Assembly: GCA_963809805.1 (NCBI GenBank)
Contig: CAWELB010000008.1
Location: 684,157-748,156 of the forward strand
From: an uncultured Chloroflexia bacterium
Lineage (GTDB): Bacteria; Chloroflexota; Anaerolineae; Anaerolineales; UBA4823
Direction of reading: 5' to 3'
Length of the DNA: 64,000 nt
This document shows positions 20,051 through 27,629 of this stretch, in pieces. Numbering within the stretch: position 1 is the first letter of the stretch; each line of letters starts with the position of its first letter. The notes below the pieces were generated by a model that saw only the letters and a list, made by a program, of their open reading frames with translations, did no database searches and was not told the DNA's origin. Both the position numbers and the translations under genes were made by a program.

Positions 20051-22765
20051 TCACGGTAACTCCAATGGATAGATTGCCGTTTCTGTAATCGCTACTAGGT
20101 ACTTCTCGTCTGGCGAGAGCGTCAAGCTCACATTGCGCGCCCCACCCAAATCCCAGAAGCGCAACAGCTTACCATCCGGGATTGAAACTAAGGATACACC
20201 TTGCGCCGAAGCGAAAGCGATGCGGCTGCTTTTCTCAAAACATGTCATCGCCAGGGTGGAGTAATCGCGCGGGTTGTGACCTTGCAAGGTGATGTGTGAG
20301 TGTGGCTTTTCCGGCTGATCGACCCAGATCAGCTCAAACTCGTCTTTATAAGTGGCGTCGCTCTGCTTCGCCGGTAGGTAGATGCATTTCCCATCCGGCA
20401 AGAACAAGATCGGGTCGGCTGTTGGATCCAGCACCTCGACTTTGCCGGTCTCTGAGTGGTACAGGTAGACAGAATGGTTGCGAGGCTGGTTAATGTGTAC
20501 CCCCAGGTGGTAGAACTTGCCGGAGGCGTCGATCTGTGAGAAGTTCGAGGAAACATCGTCTGTGAAGCTTAGATCCAGACCGAACAGATCCTTCATCACT
20601 TCGGTGACCCTGACCGGAGTAGAGCTAAAATCATACAGGTCAAACTTGCCCGAGCCGTTGATTACCACCTGGTCGGGCCCAACAAAATCGACCCAAGGCG
20701 AGCTTTGCTTATAGGCTTCCTTGATTGTCTGAGAGGCAAGCACCTGGGCGGTAGCACCATCTACAATGAATAGGGTGGTCCCCTGCGTCCCATCACGCCC
20801 GTTCAGGCGTGAGATTACCAGCTTCTCGCCGCCTGGGAGCCAGGAGTAGTTGTCCCAGTGCAGCTCGTACGGGTTAGGCGCAACCCCCGGGATCAGTTTC
20901 GCTTCCAGCGTCTTGCCATCCAGGATCCAGTAAGAATCGGCACTTTTTAGAAGGATTCGCGAGCTTTCTTTATCCTGCGCCGGGATGCTGGTGAAATGGA
21001 CCGGGTAGTTCCTTGCCAGGTGCTTCACATTCATGGGAGAAGTGAACGCATCCATCGTGCCATCTTCCAAAACCAGGAGCAGCCGCCCATCCGGTAGCCA
21101 GGCCTCGTGTTGCCTCAGGCTAGAGATTGCAGGATAATCAGGGGGAGTATTGGTGCTCTTTCCCATAGGCGGATCTAAAAAGCCCAGTTGCATATACTTC
21201 ACAGGGTTGGCATCGACCACACCTGAAGCTACAAAAGAAAAAACCAGGTATCTGGAGCTTGGCGACCAATCGCCTACGGAGAGCGATTCAGCTTCGCCCC
21301 CGAAGGGCATCGCAGATATTTTCTCCCCCGTAGCCTTGCTCTTCGCCAGCGGGACTGGTGTGGGGATGTTGGGGTTCGATCCACCAAATTCCACGAAGTC
21401 CGGAGGCCCATAGCGCTGCTTCATGTACACCAGGCGCTCGGTGCACGCCAACCCGGTCTCGGGCGGGCTGCCGGCTTGGGAATAGATTTTCAGGGAGACA
21501 GGCGCGCTGAAATATTCCTGGTAGAAGGTACCAAAGCGGTAGTATTCCGCGCCGCCCTGGTAACACCAGCCCTCGCCGCGGAACATCACCGGCTGCGGTA
21601 CATAGAGCAGGTCGCGCGGGACTAACTCATTCACAGTGGACGGGTAGCGTCCTGTCCGCGTATAAAAATTCTCGATGGCAGTCTGGATGCGGACCGCCCT
21701 GTCGGCGGTGATACCCGCGAAGGGAACCTGCCAGCCATAGTTGAAAGCCCAGATCATCAGCGCCGGTACGGTCAACGCGAAGACAAAACCTGACAAGCGG
21801 AACCAGCTCTTGGCTTTGATCCCCATCACAGCCCCAGCGCCCACCCCCACCGGCACAGCTGTCATCAAATAAAATAGCCCGCCCATGCCATCGCTGGTCT
21901 GGTCCCAAACCGAAGACCAGAAGATGGTGTAAGCCAATGCGCCGAGGATTGTAAATGCCAGCGCCAGCCGTAAGGCGCCGGAAAGCCTGCTGCCGGGGCG
22001 TTTGACCGGCGATAGCGAAATTGCAGGTGGGTTTTCTGTCGTAACAGGCGAATTTCCTCTTTCATCAGGTCTGCCCGGCGCTTCCATTGCGGCGGATACT
22101 TGCATGGAGCCGTTGGGTATTCTCCAGAGGCGTTTGAGCCCTGTATGCACCAAGATGGCTGATAGTGCCACTGCGATCCCCGGCATGGCAAAAATCAAGA
22201 TTCCATAAGGGAATCGCAGCCAGGCCGGCATTGTATAGATCTGCTGCTCGAGCCAACTCGTGTAGATTGAGCTATTAATCAGAATAAAATTGAGCAGGCA
22301 GAAGATCCCCAGGATGACCGCCAGCCTTTGCCAGCGGTTGGTGACGGCCCAGATCAGCGCCAGCCCCAGCGCAGCAGGCAAAACGTAATAAGCCATACCA
22401 GCGGTCTTTTGGGCATAGATCGCCAATAGACCGATCAGCAGTACAGTCAAAGCTAGGTAGGGCAGCCATTGGCGGCGCGGCAGCCCTTTCAATGCAGGCA
22501 AGTGGAGCAAAATCAAAGCCAGTACGCCTAATATAGCAGTAGATATAATAGTGGATGCTGTGATACCCGGCGTCAGGGTCATATCTGTCGAAAACAGGCT
22601 GAGAACCACCACGATCAATAGCAACATGATACTTACCGAGACCAGGTACAGCAAGAAGCGTCTTTCCGCTGTCTCTTCCTTGCCGGCTTTCATCACCCAC
22701 AGCCCGCCTAAAACTATCAGAGTTGTGGGGATGATTCCAATCAGCATGATTGTTGTTATGTTCAT
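20051..22765 (-). CDS. large polytopic membrane protein with C-terminal beta-propeller-like (TolB/PD40-like) region
   Basis: 904 aa. The N-terminal ~340 aa are TM helices. The C-terminal ~450 aa have periodic beta-strand repeats (LPDGRLLL, SPDEKYLVA). The codon bias is GC-rich. Confidence 0.7.
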   Translation of the reverse strand: MNITTIMLIGIIPTTLIVLGGLWVMKAGKEETAERRFLLYLVSVSIMLLLIVVVLSLFSTDMTLTPGITASTIISTAILGVLALILLHLPALKGLPRRQWLPYLALTVLLIGLLAIYAQKTAGMAYYVLPAALGLALIWAVTNRWQRLAVILGIFCLLNFILINSSIYTSWLEQQIYTMPAWLRFPYGILIFAMPGIAVALSAILVHTGLKRLWRIPNGSMQVSAAMEAPGRPDERGNSPVTTENPPAISLSPVKRPGSRLSGALRLALAFTILGALAYTIFWSSVWDQTSDGMGGLFYLMTAVPVGVGAGAVMGIKAKSWFRLSGFVFALTVPALMIWAFNYGWQVPFAGITADRAVRIQTAIENFYTRTGRYPSTVNELVPRDLLYVPQPVMFRGEGWCYQGGAEYYRFGTFYQEYFSAPVSLKIYSQAGSPPETGLACTERLVYMKQRYGPPDFVEFGGSNPNIPTPVPLAKSKATGEKISAMPFGGEAESLSVGDWSPSSRYLVFSFVASGVVDANPVKYMQLGFLDPPMGKSTNTPPDYPAISSLRQHEAWLPDGRLLLVLEDGTMDAFTSPMNVKHLARNYPVHFTSIPAQDKESSRILLKSADSYWILDGKTLEAKLIPGVAPNPYELHWDNYSWLPGGEKLVISRLNGRDGTQGTTLFIVDGATAQVLASQTIKEAYKQSSPWVDFVGPDQVVINGSGKFDLYDFSSTPVRVTEVMKDLFGLDLSFTDDVSSNFSQIDASGKFYHLGVHINQPRNHSVYLYHSETGKVEVLDPTADPILFLPDGKCIYLPAKQSDATYKDEFELIWVDQPEKPHSHITLQGHNPRDYSTLAMTCFEKSSRIAFASAQGVSLVSIPDGKLLRFWDLGGARNVSLTLSPDEKYLVAITETAIYPLELP

Positions 22766-22791
22766 GGGTCAGTTCCTTCTCAGTGCAGGTA

Positions 22792-23004
22792 CTAACAGCA
22801 GCAACGCTGCGGTGAACCACAATTGAAACGCCCAAGCCGCCCGCGCCAGGTCGATGCGGTGAAGGATGGCGGACTGGCGGTGGGTGATATCGGCGTAGGA
22901 GGGATGGGAGTGACAGTAGACATAGGTGTGGGTGCAACGCATGCTGCAAGGATGGCAATCGAGAATATGAAACATAACACCAGTCGAAATGGTTTGCGAA
23001 TCAC
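22792..23004 (-). CDS. small lipoprotein-like ORF (signal peptide plus PT-rich linker), possibly a remnant
   Basis: GGAGGG-N3-GTG start, then VIRKPFRLVLCFIFSIAILAAC (lipobox) and VAPTPMSTVTPIPPTPISPTASPP. It ends 26 nt before the 904-aa gene. Confidence 0.45.
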   Translation of the reverse strand: MIRKPFRLVLCFIFSIAILAACVAPTPMSTVTPIPPTPISPTASPPSFTASTWRGRLGRFNCGSPQRCCC

Positions 23005-23053
23005 ATTCCCTCCATTTGATCTGGGAATCCCCCAAATCATTCATCTATAAAAT

Positions 23054-23082
23054 ACTATAGCACTTTTAGGGGTTGGTTTCAA
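23054..23082 (-). promoter_or_regulatory. sigma70-type promoter (TTGAAA-17-TATAGT) driving the 23004 -> 19498 gene string
   Basis: On the reverse strand, TTGAAA is at 23082-23077 and TATAGT at 23059-23054, with a 17-nt spacer. It is duplicated at 24147-24175. Confidence 0.6.
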
Positions 23083-23100
23083 TAGGTTGGGTAAAGTGGT

Positions 23101-23255
23101 ATTTTCCCCCGTGCGGTGTAAACGTGATTATATAGGGTAGTAATGCTACCTAATAGTGAACCTGGGGCTATCAACAATTGAATATCCCATATCTCTCCTA
23201 TCGGTGACCCTATAGGGCGCTGTCTGGACACTTGGGGAGTGGGGAGTAGGCTACC
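23101..23255 (+). repeat. dispersed repeat, copy D (degenerate 5' half, ORF destroyed)
   Basis: ...gattatatagggtag...agtgaacctggggctatcaacaattgaat...cttggggagtggggagtaggctac aligns with copies A, B and C. Confidence 0.65.
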
Positions 23256-23459
23256 TTGCTGCCCACAAATGTTTAGTTACCTTTCATGTGCTGGATGACT
23301 TGGTTGGTAATGTACGCGCTGGTAAGTAATTTGGCTAACCTGCTGGCTTATATCGCAAGGCTATTGACACATCATATCAAAAGAAAACGCAAAAGATCGC
23401 TTCTTATATATGCTTATGTTATTTTTGGTGTGGCTGGTGTGAGATGGATGTATACAACA

Positions 23460-23963
23460 TCACCATTGACAGAAGTGTTCGGGAGGACAACATCTTGATG
23501 ACGTAGGCTGCCCATCACCAGCCATACCAAACATTTTCATCCAAGTACCAATGAACCCTGGGAACGCGCCTTCAGGCATCCACACCCAACCCGCTTTTGT
23601 TTGCAGGAAAAATACTCCAGGCGCGTCGCATCCATTTCTTCCCAGGCTGGAGCCATCGGCTCGTGAATCAGCATGCACCTCGGCGATGACATACCAAACA
23701 TGGGGGTTGCTCCCGTCAATGGAATTTGGGCCAGCGCTTCGGATGTCTATGCGACTAATCCCAATATATGACTCTTCGAGCAGTGATTGCATGCCATACT
23801 CAGCAGAGGGATACACGCCTTTTGAACGTGCGATAGAGAGTTGTATCGAGGTGTAAATCCAGGCTGAGCCGATATAGACGATGGGACATGCTAGAATGAG
23901 GGCTATGAGAATACCCCATTTGATAACCGATTGTTTGATAGTCAATGGATGGTAGACTTTCAT
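23460..23963 (-). CDS. hypothetical N-terminally anchored protein
   Basis: 167 aa with one N-terminal TM (WGILIALILACPIVYIGSAWIY). No recognised domain. Confidence 0.55.
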   Translation of the reverse strand: MKVYHPLTIKQSVIKWGILIALILACPIVYIGSAWIYTSIQLSIARSKGVYPSAEYGMQSLLEESYIGISRIDIRSAGPNSIDGSNPHVWYVIAEVHADSRADGSSLGRNGCDAPGVFFLQTKAGWVWMPEGAFPGFIGTWMKMFGMAGDGQPTSSRCCPPEHFCQW

Positions 23964-24007
23964 TTCATCTCTTCTCTCTGGAGTTGGAGTCCGCCTAAAT
24001 ATCGATT

Positions 24008-24097
24008 CTACAGACTCTTACTGCATGACAAACATCCTGCCAGGATCGCTATCGAAAACCAGATAATCAACAACAACCAAAATGGTTTGCGAATCAC
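24008..24097 (-). pseudogene. truncated lipoprotein signal-peptide ORF (29 codons), paralogous to the start of 22792-23004
   Basis: GGAGGG-N3-GTG, then VIRKPFWLLLIIWFSIAILAGCLSCSKSL and a stop. The 5' UTR and promoter are the same as in the copy at 23.0 kb. Confidence 0.5.
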
Positions 24098-24146
24098 GCT
24101 CCCTCCTTTAGATTTGGGAATCCCACAAATCATTCATACATATAAT

Positions 24147-24175
24147 AATATAGCACTTAGTAGAGTCTATTTCAA
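24147..24175 (-). promoter_or_regulatory. sigma70-type promoter (TTGAAA-17-TATATT), duplicate of the 23054-23082 promoter
   Basis: On the reverse strand, TTGAAA is at 24175-24170 and TATATT at 24152-24147, with a 17-nt spacer. Confidence 0.6.
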
Positions 24176-24488
24176 TAGGTTTGGTGAAGTGATATTTTCC
24201 CCTATGATAGTCATCAGCTCATGCAAGAGATTAGGTCTGCTACCTGCGAAAACTGATGAGACATTCTGACTTACAGGCACTTCGTAAAATACCTCGCCCA
24301 GACCACAGAGGATATTGCTCGGGCACGAAGGATTGGAAGTCCTGTGGATAATAATAAGCTCTAATACTGGATAGTTATCTGGTCGTGAAAGAGACTCTAC
24401 CCCCACGTTAGTATTGAACTCGGTCAACACAATCTAGCGTATGTTTTTGCGCTCCCTAACTTACTCATCCAGGCATGCTTGGGTAGCT

Positions 24489-24905
24489 TTATTGCAAATT
24501 TGGACGGAGAAACAACCACGCTCCCCATCCAATCCAAAGGAATGTAATCAAAATACTTGCTACCACTTCTCTATCGTTAATCAATCCATTTATGCTGTAG
24601 AATAAGGCAAGTGATATAGACACAATCGCTGCAACACATCCAACAATCAAGGTTCTTTTGTCCATCTGCCATGGCGTTCTGCCCCGTGTTTGTTCCTCCT
24701 TCTTCCTTGTTCGTATCACTATCATTAGCACGCAGATAACCAAAGGTGCGGAAAGCGATATACCTGCAATAACGTATAGCATTGGCACTTCCACACCAAG
24801 GGCATCTGCGATTCCTACAGGAGGAAGCCCGATTACCACTTCAAGAGCCATAAGGCGAATCAATTCTTCTACAACTATTCGGCGGAAAATAGCCCAGTCG
24901 TTCAT
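24489..24905 (-). CDS. hypothetical membrane protein
   Basis: 138 aa with 3-4 hydrophobic helices. No recognised domain. Confidence 0.5.
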   Translation of the reverse strand: MNDWAIFRRIVVEELIRLMALEVVIGLPPVGIADALGVEVPMLYVIAGISLSAPLVICVLMIVIRTRKKEEQTRGRTPWQMDKRTLIVGCVAAIVSISLALFYSINGLINDREVVASILITFLWIGWGAWLFLRPNLQ

Positions 24906-25134
24906 TTACAATCCAATCCTAACTAATGTCTATACAACCCTATGATTACTCATTATAGTTCATAAATGCCCGTCGCATCACGCAACCCGAAATCTCCCAC
25001 CTCCCTCATCGAAAACCCGTCCCTCTTTCAGGATCAGACTCTCCCCTCCTGTAATCCTCTCGCCAATAAAACTTCCCAAACTAGCTAACTAATAAATAGA
25101 GTCCCATCCTCGCATACGAGATCATTCAGATGAA

Positions 25135-25300
25135 AAGGTTTCCGACTCTTTTCCCCTGCTCGTTTGAAAGTTGGTTATATAGAGGGAGTAAGAAGACCGT
25201 AAGTGAACATAGGGGGTATCAACAATTGAACTTTGCTCCGCTCTGTGTCGATGAATTTGTAGGTCACCACCCGGTCACCTGTGGAATGGGTAGTAATTTC
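25135..25300 (+). repeat. dispersed repeat, copy C (ORF from 25130 is frameshifted by a 1-nt insertion)
   Basis: ccctgctcgtttgaaagttggttatatagagggagtaagaagaccgtaagtgaacatagggggtatcaacaattgaa. The extra a after gaacat shifts the frame relative to copies A and B. Confidence 0.8.
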
Positions 25301-25361
25301 CCCTAATGGTGATCTTTCATCAACAGTGCTTTTCAGTCCCTCAAATCCGTGAAATTGCCTC

Positions 25362-25390
25362 TTGACAAAATAGAACATATGTGCTAATAT
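25362..25390 (+). promoter_or_regulatory. strong sigma70-type promoter (TTGACA-17-TAATAT), ATG at the predicted +1
   Basis: TTGACA is at 25362-25367 and TAATAT at 25385-25390. An ATG at 25397 opens a 65-codon ORF, so the transcript would be leaderless. Confidence 0.5.
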
Positions 25391-25794
25391 AATATCATGG
25401 CATATTCTGTATTAATTAGTGCTAATTACTTATCAGCGACCGCTTTACCTGATAGAGTATTCGAATGTATTCGAATTAAATCTATTCGAATATTTCTTGA
25501 TAACCTGGCCGACTTTATGATCCACACACTAGATTGTGACCGCATTCAGCAGAGAATTATATCCATTCCCAATCCAGAGGGATTTGTTTCCTAATTGTTT
25601 TTTGTACAATTATTTATTAAGAAATACTTCGTTCCTTATCGATATTTTTCATTCGAATTCTAAGTGTAAATAATTTTCTCTATTTATGGGCTTAACGATG
25701 GTACTGCCGCCCTTTCCCCTCTCTCCAACGTGCCCCTGTACCGGTTGTTCTTCACCGGTGAACGTTCAAACTTTCAAACGTTCAAACGCATTAA

Positions 25795-25836
25795 TGGGCG
25801 GAATAGGACTCGAACCTACGACCTCCTCTGTGTAAG
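25795..25836. repeat. attL: 42-bp exact duplicate of the 3' end of tRNA-Val
   Basis: tgggcggaataggactcgaacctacgacctcctctgtgtaag is identical to 39844-39885. Confidence 0.95.
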
Positions 25837-25945
25837 GCATATTTCCGGTGTTGTGGGATATTAACATGCCTATATATGGTGTATAGTGTGTCTGGTAGTG
25901 CTATATCTGGCGGTAAAAGTGAACATGTGTTACATCTGTTTCTAC

Positions 25946-25979
25946 AAATTGGTCACGAAATGGTCATGAAATGGTCATC
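25946..25979 (+). promoter_or_regulatory. three tandem 11-12-bp repeats (AAATGGTCAYG), putative arm-type recombinase sites (attL arm)
   Basis: aaattggtcacg aaatggtcatg aaatggtcatc. The same motif recurs at 39704-39767 near attR. Confidence 0.55.
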
Positions 25980-26252
25980 CCAATTATCTCAAATACTTGA
26001 GCACCGTCAGTATCACTTGCCTGGATCGTAGTCGTAGGCTGTCCAAGATCGGTGCCTTAGCTGCTGGCCTTGCTTTGCTGGTTAGGCTCTTAACTGCCCC
26101 GGTTACTCTTCCTGGTGAGAATAAGGCTCAATGGTAAATTGTTATTTTTTCTAGGACCTAACCAGATGTTAATATTAATTGATCGAGATATATAGGATGC
26201 ATAAAGTCTAAATTATCACATGTCATAAATAATGAAAAAAGGTGAATTACGA

Positions 26253-26654
26253 CTATTCCAGCGGTATAGGTTCAAAGGTTTTTCCGTGGAGATTGATCCT
26301 AAATGCTGCTGGGACACCTTTCTTCTGGAAGATTTTCACTTTACTTTCCATTTGGTTCCAGGCAATCATAATTTGCTTTGATATTTCTTTAATACCGACT
26401 TGATTTCCGCCGAGGTAGAATGCGACTAATTTGTATTTTTTTATCAATGCCTTTTGAAGCGGATTTTTTCTAATTGCCTTGTCTTTGGTGATAATCGCTA
26501 ATTTATTTTTCCCCGCATATTCCAGCCAAACTTCGTCTATGGTTCCACAATCAAATTTTTCAGTCACATGTTCAATATTTTCATACTCCAAAAGCCGTAG
26601 CGCTTGTACTAGTTGGATACCGATATTCTCATCAACCAAAAATCTTACTGCCAT
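26253..26654 (-). CDS. PIN-like toxin (DUF5615 / VapC45-like)
   Basis: 133 aa with N-terminal RFLVDENIG and ...LAIITKDKAIRK. It overlaps the upstream DUF433-type gene by 10 nt. Confidence 0.55.
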   Translation of the reverse strand: MAVRFLVDENIGIQLVQALRLLEYENIEHVTEKFDCGTIDEVWLEYAGKNKLAIITKDKAIRKNPLQKALIKKYKLVAFYLGGNQVGIKEISKQIMIAWNQMESKVKIFQKKGVPAAFRINLHGKTFEPIPLE

Positions 26655-27340
26655 AGACTGTGTTCAAAATGAACGGCAGTCCTTATTTGTGGCGCTGGAA
26701 TATTGAACCACTTACTCACAGGTTTTATTTGTTTGTGTTCACCTATGTAAAGGTCATAGATATTGCTCGTGGCTACACCGTATCCGATCAATGTTGGGCG
26801 ACCAAAAGATATTTGAGGATCGATCATAATCGATCCTTTCCTGCCTTCTGGATACCATCTACAGACGAAACCATGTTTCGTGATGTCCTCAAAGTCTAAT
26901 TTGTCATATAGTTTTTCTGTTATCTCTTTGAATACTCTTTGCCCAGATCCCATAAGCTGTACATAATCATCCTGTTGCAGCTTTAACACAATATCATCCC
27001 CACTGGTGAAGAATTTACTTCTGGCGAAATGAGGCGTCTGCAAGTGATCACGAGCGTCATCTAGGACTTTACGTATCCGCTGGAGAGTAAAACCTCGTTC
27101 AAGGAATAACTTTACAAAGAGTAAGTCAATTAAATCTAAGAACGAAGCATATGGTGATTCGGCAGATATTTTACGCTTAACAACCGGGCTCAACTCACCA
27201 CCCGAGTATTTATATCCCCTTAACCATCGTCTAACTCTCCACCGACTAATTCCAGCAAGACGACTTGTCATGGTTACAGAATAGGCTGGAGTTTCGAGTG
27301 ACCAGAGTAATTTACTCACTTCATCCTGCTCGATAGTCAT
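26645..27340 (-). CDS. HTH + DUF433-like antitoxin (VapB45-like)
   Basis: 231 aa. The N-terminal part is MerR-like (YSVTMTSRLAGISRWRVRRWLRGY). The C-terminal ISFGRPTLIGYGVATSNIY...IPAPQIRTAVHFE resembles DUF433. Confidence 0.5.
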   Translation of the reverse strand: MTIEQDEVSKLLWSLETPAYSVTMTSRLAGISRWRVRRWLRGYKYSGGELSPVVKRKISAESPYASFLDLIDLLFVKLFLERGFTLQRIRKVLDDARDHLQTPHFARSKFFTSGDDIVLKLQQDDYVQLMGSGQRVFKEITEKLYDKLDFEDITKHGFVCRWYPEGRKGSIMIDPQISFGRPTLIGYGVATSNIYDLYIGEHKQIKPVSKWFNIPAPQIRTAVHFEHSLWQ

Positions 27341-27629
27341 AATAATCCCTTGTTTTTACCAGTATATCTTTTTAATTGTTCGGAGCAAAACAAGTCGGCG
27401 CGTATAAATCTGGTGCATGATATAAGCCAAACCGGTTTAATACGGTGAGTACTTTCGCGACTTGTTCGCTCCTCCTAAGTCCACTCAAACAGTGCGAATT
27501 CATTACGCCAATAACAAATTATACATCAAATCTCCAGCGCTCCCTGCTTCCCCTCCTCCTTCTAAACCTCTCAGCCTTTTTGAACGTCCCATTCGAATCA
27601 CTTTGTTGACACACAAACTTTGGTTAGTT

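Noticed and set aside
16791-22765. A complete thiazole/oxazole (TOMM) RiPP cluster.
   Set aside because: No YcaO cyclodehydratase or SagC/E1-like partner is recognisable in the neighbouring genes. Only the dehydrogenase-like and CPBP-like components are present.
21150-22958. Multiple 60-230-aa ORFs on both strands inside the 904-aa gene (e.g. 22275-22958, 21865-22191, 21627-21908).
   Set aside because: They are shadow ORFs in a GC-rich gene. Their products are Arg/Pro/Gly-rich with no domain signal and overlap a long coherent ORF.
16558-25306. The dispersed repeat as a CRISPR array or a DGR template/variable repeat pair.
   Set aside because: Copies are ~160 bp long and kilobases apart, not 25-40-bp repeats with regular spacers, and no cas genes are present. 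No reverse transcriptase is present either, and differences between copies are not confined to adenine positions.
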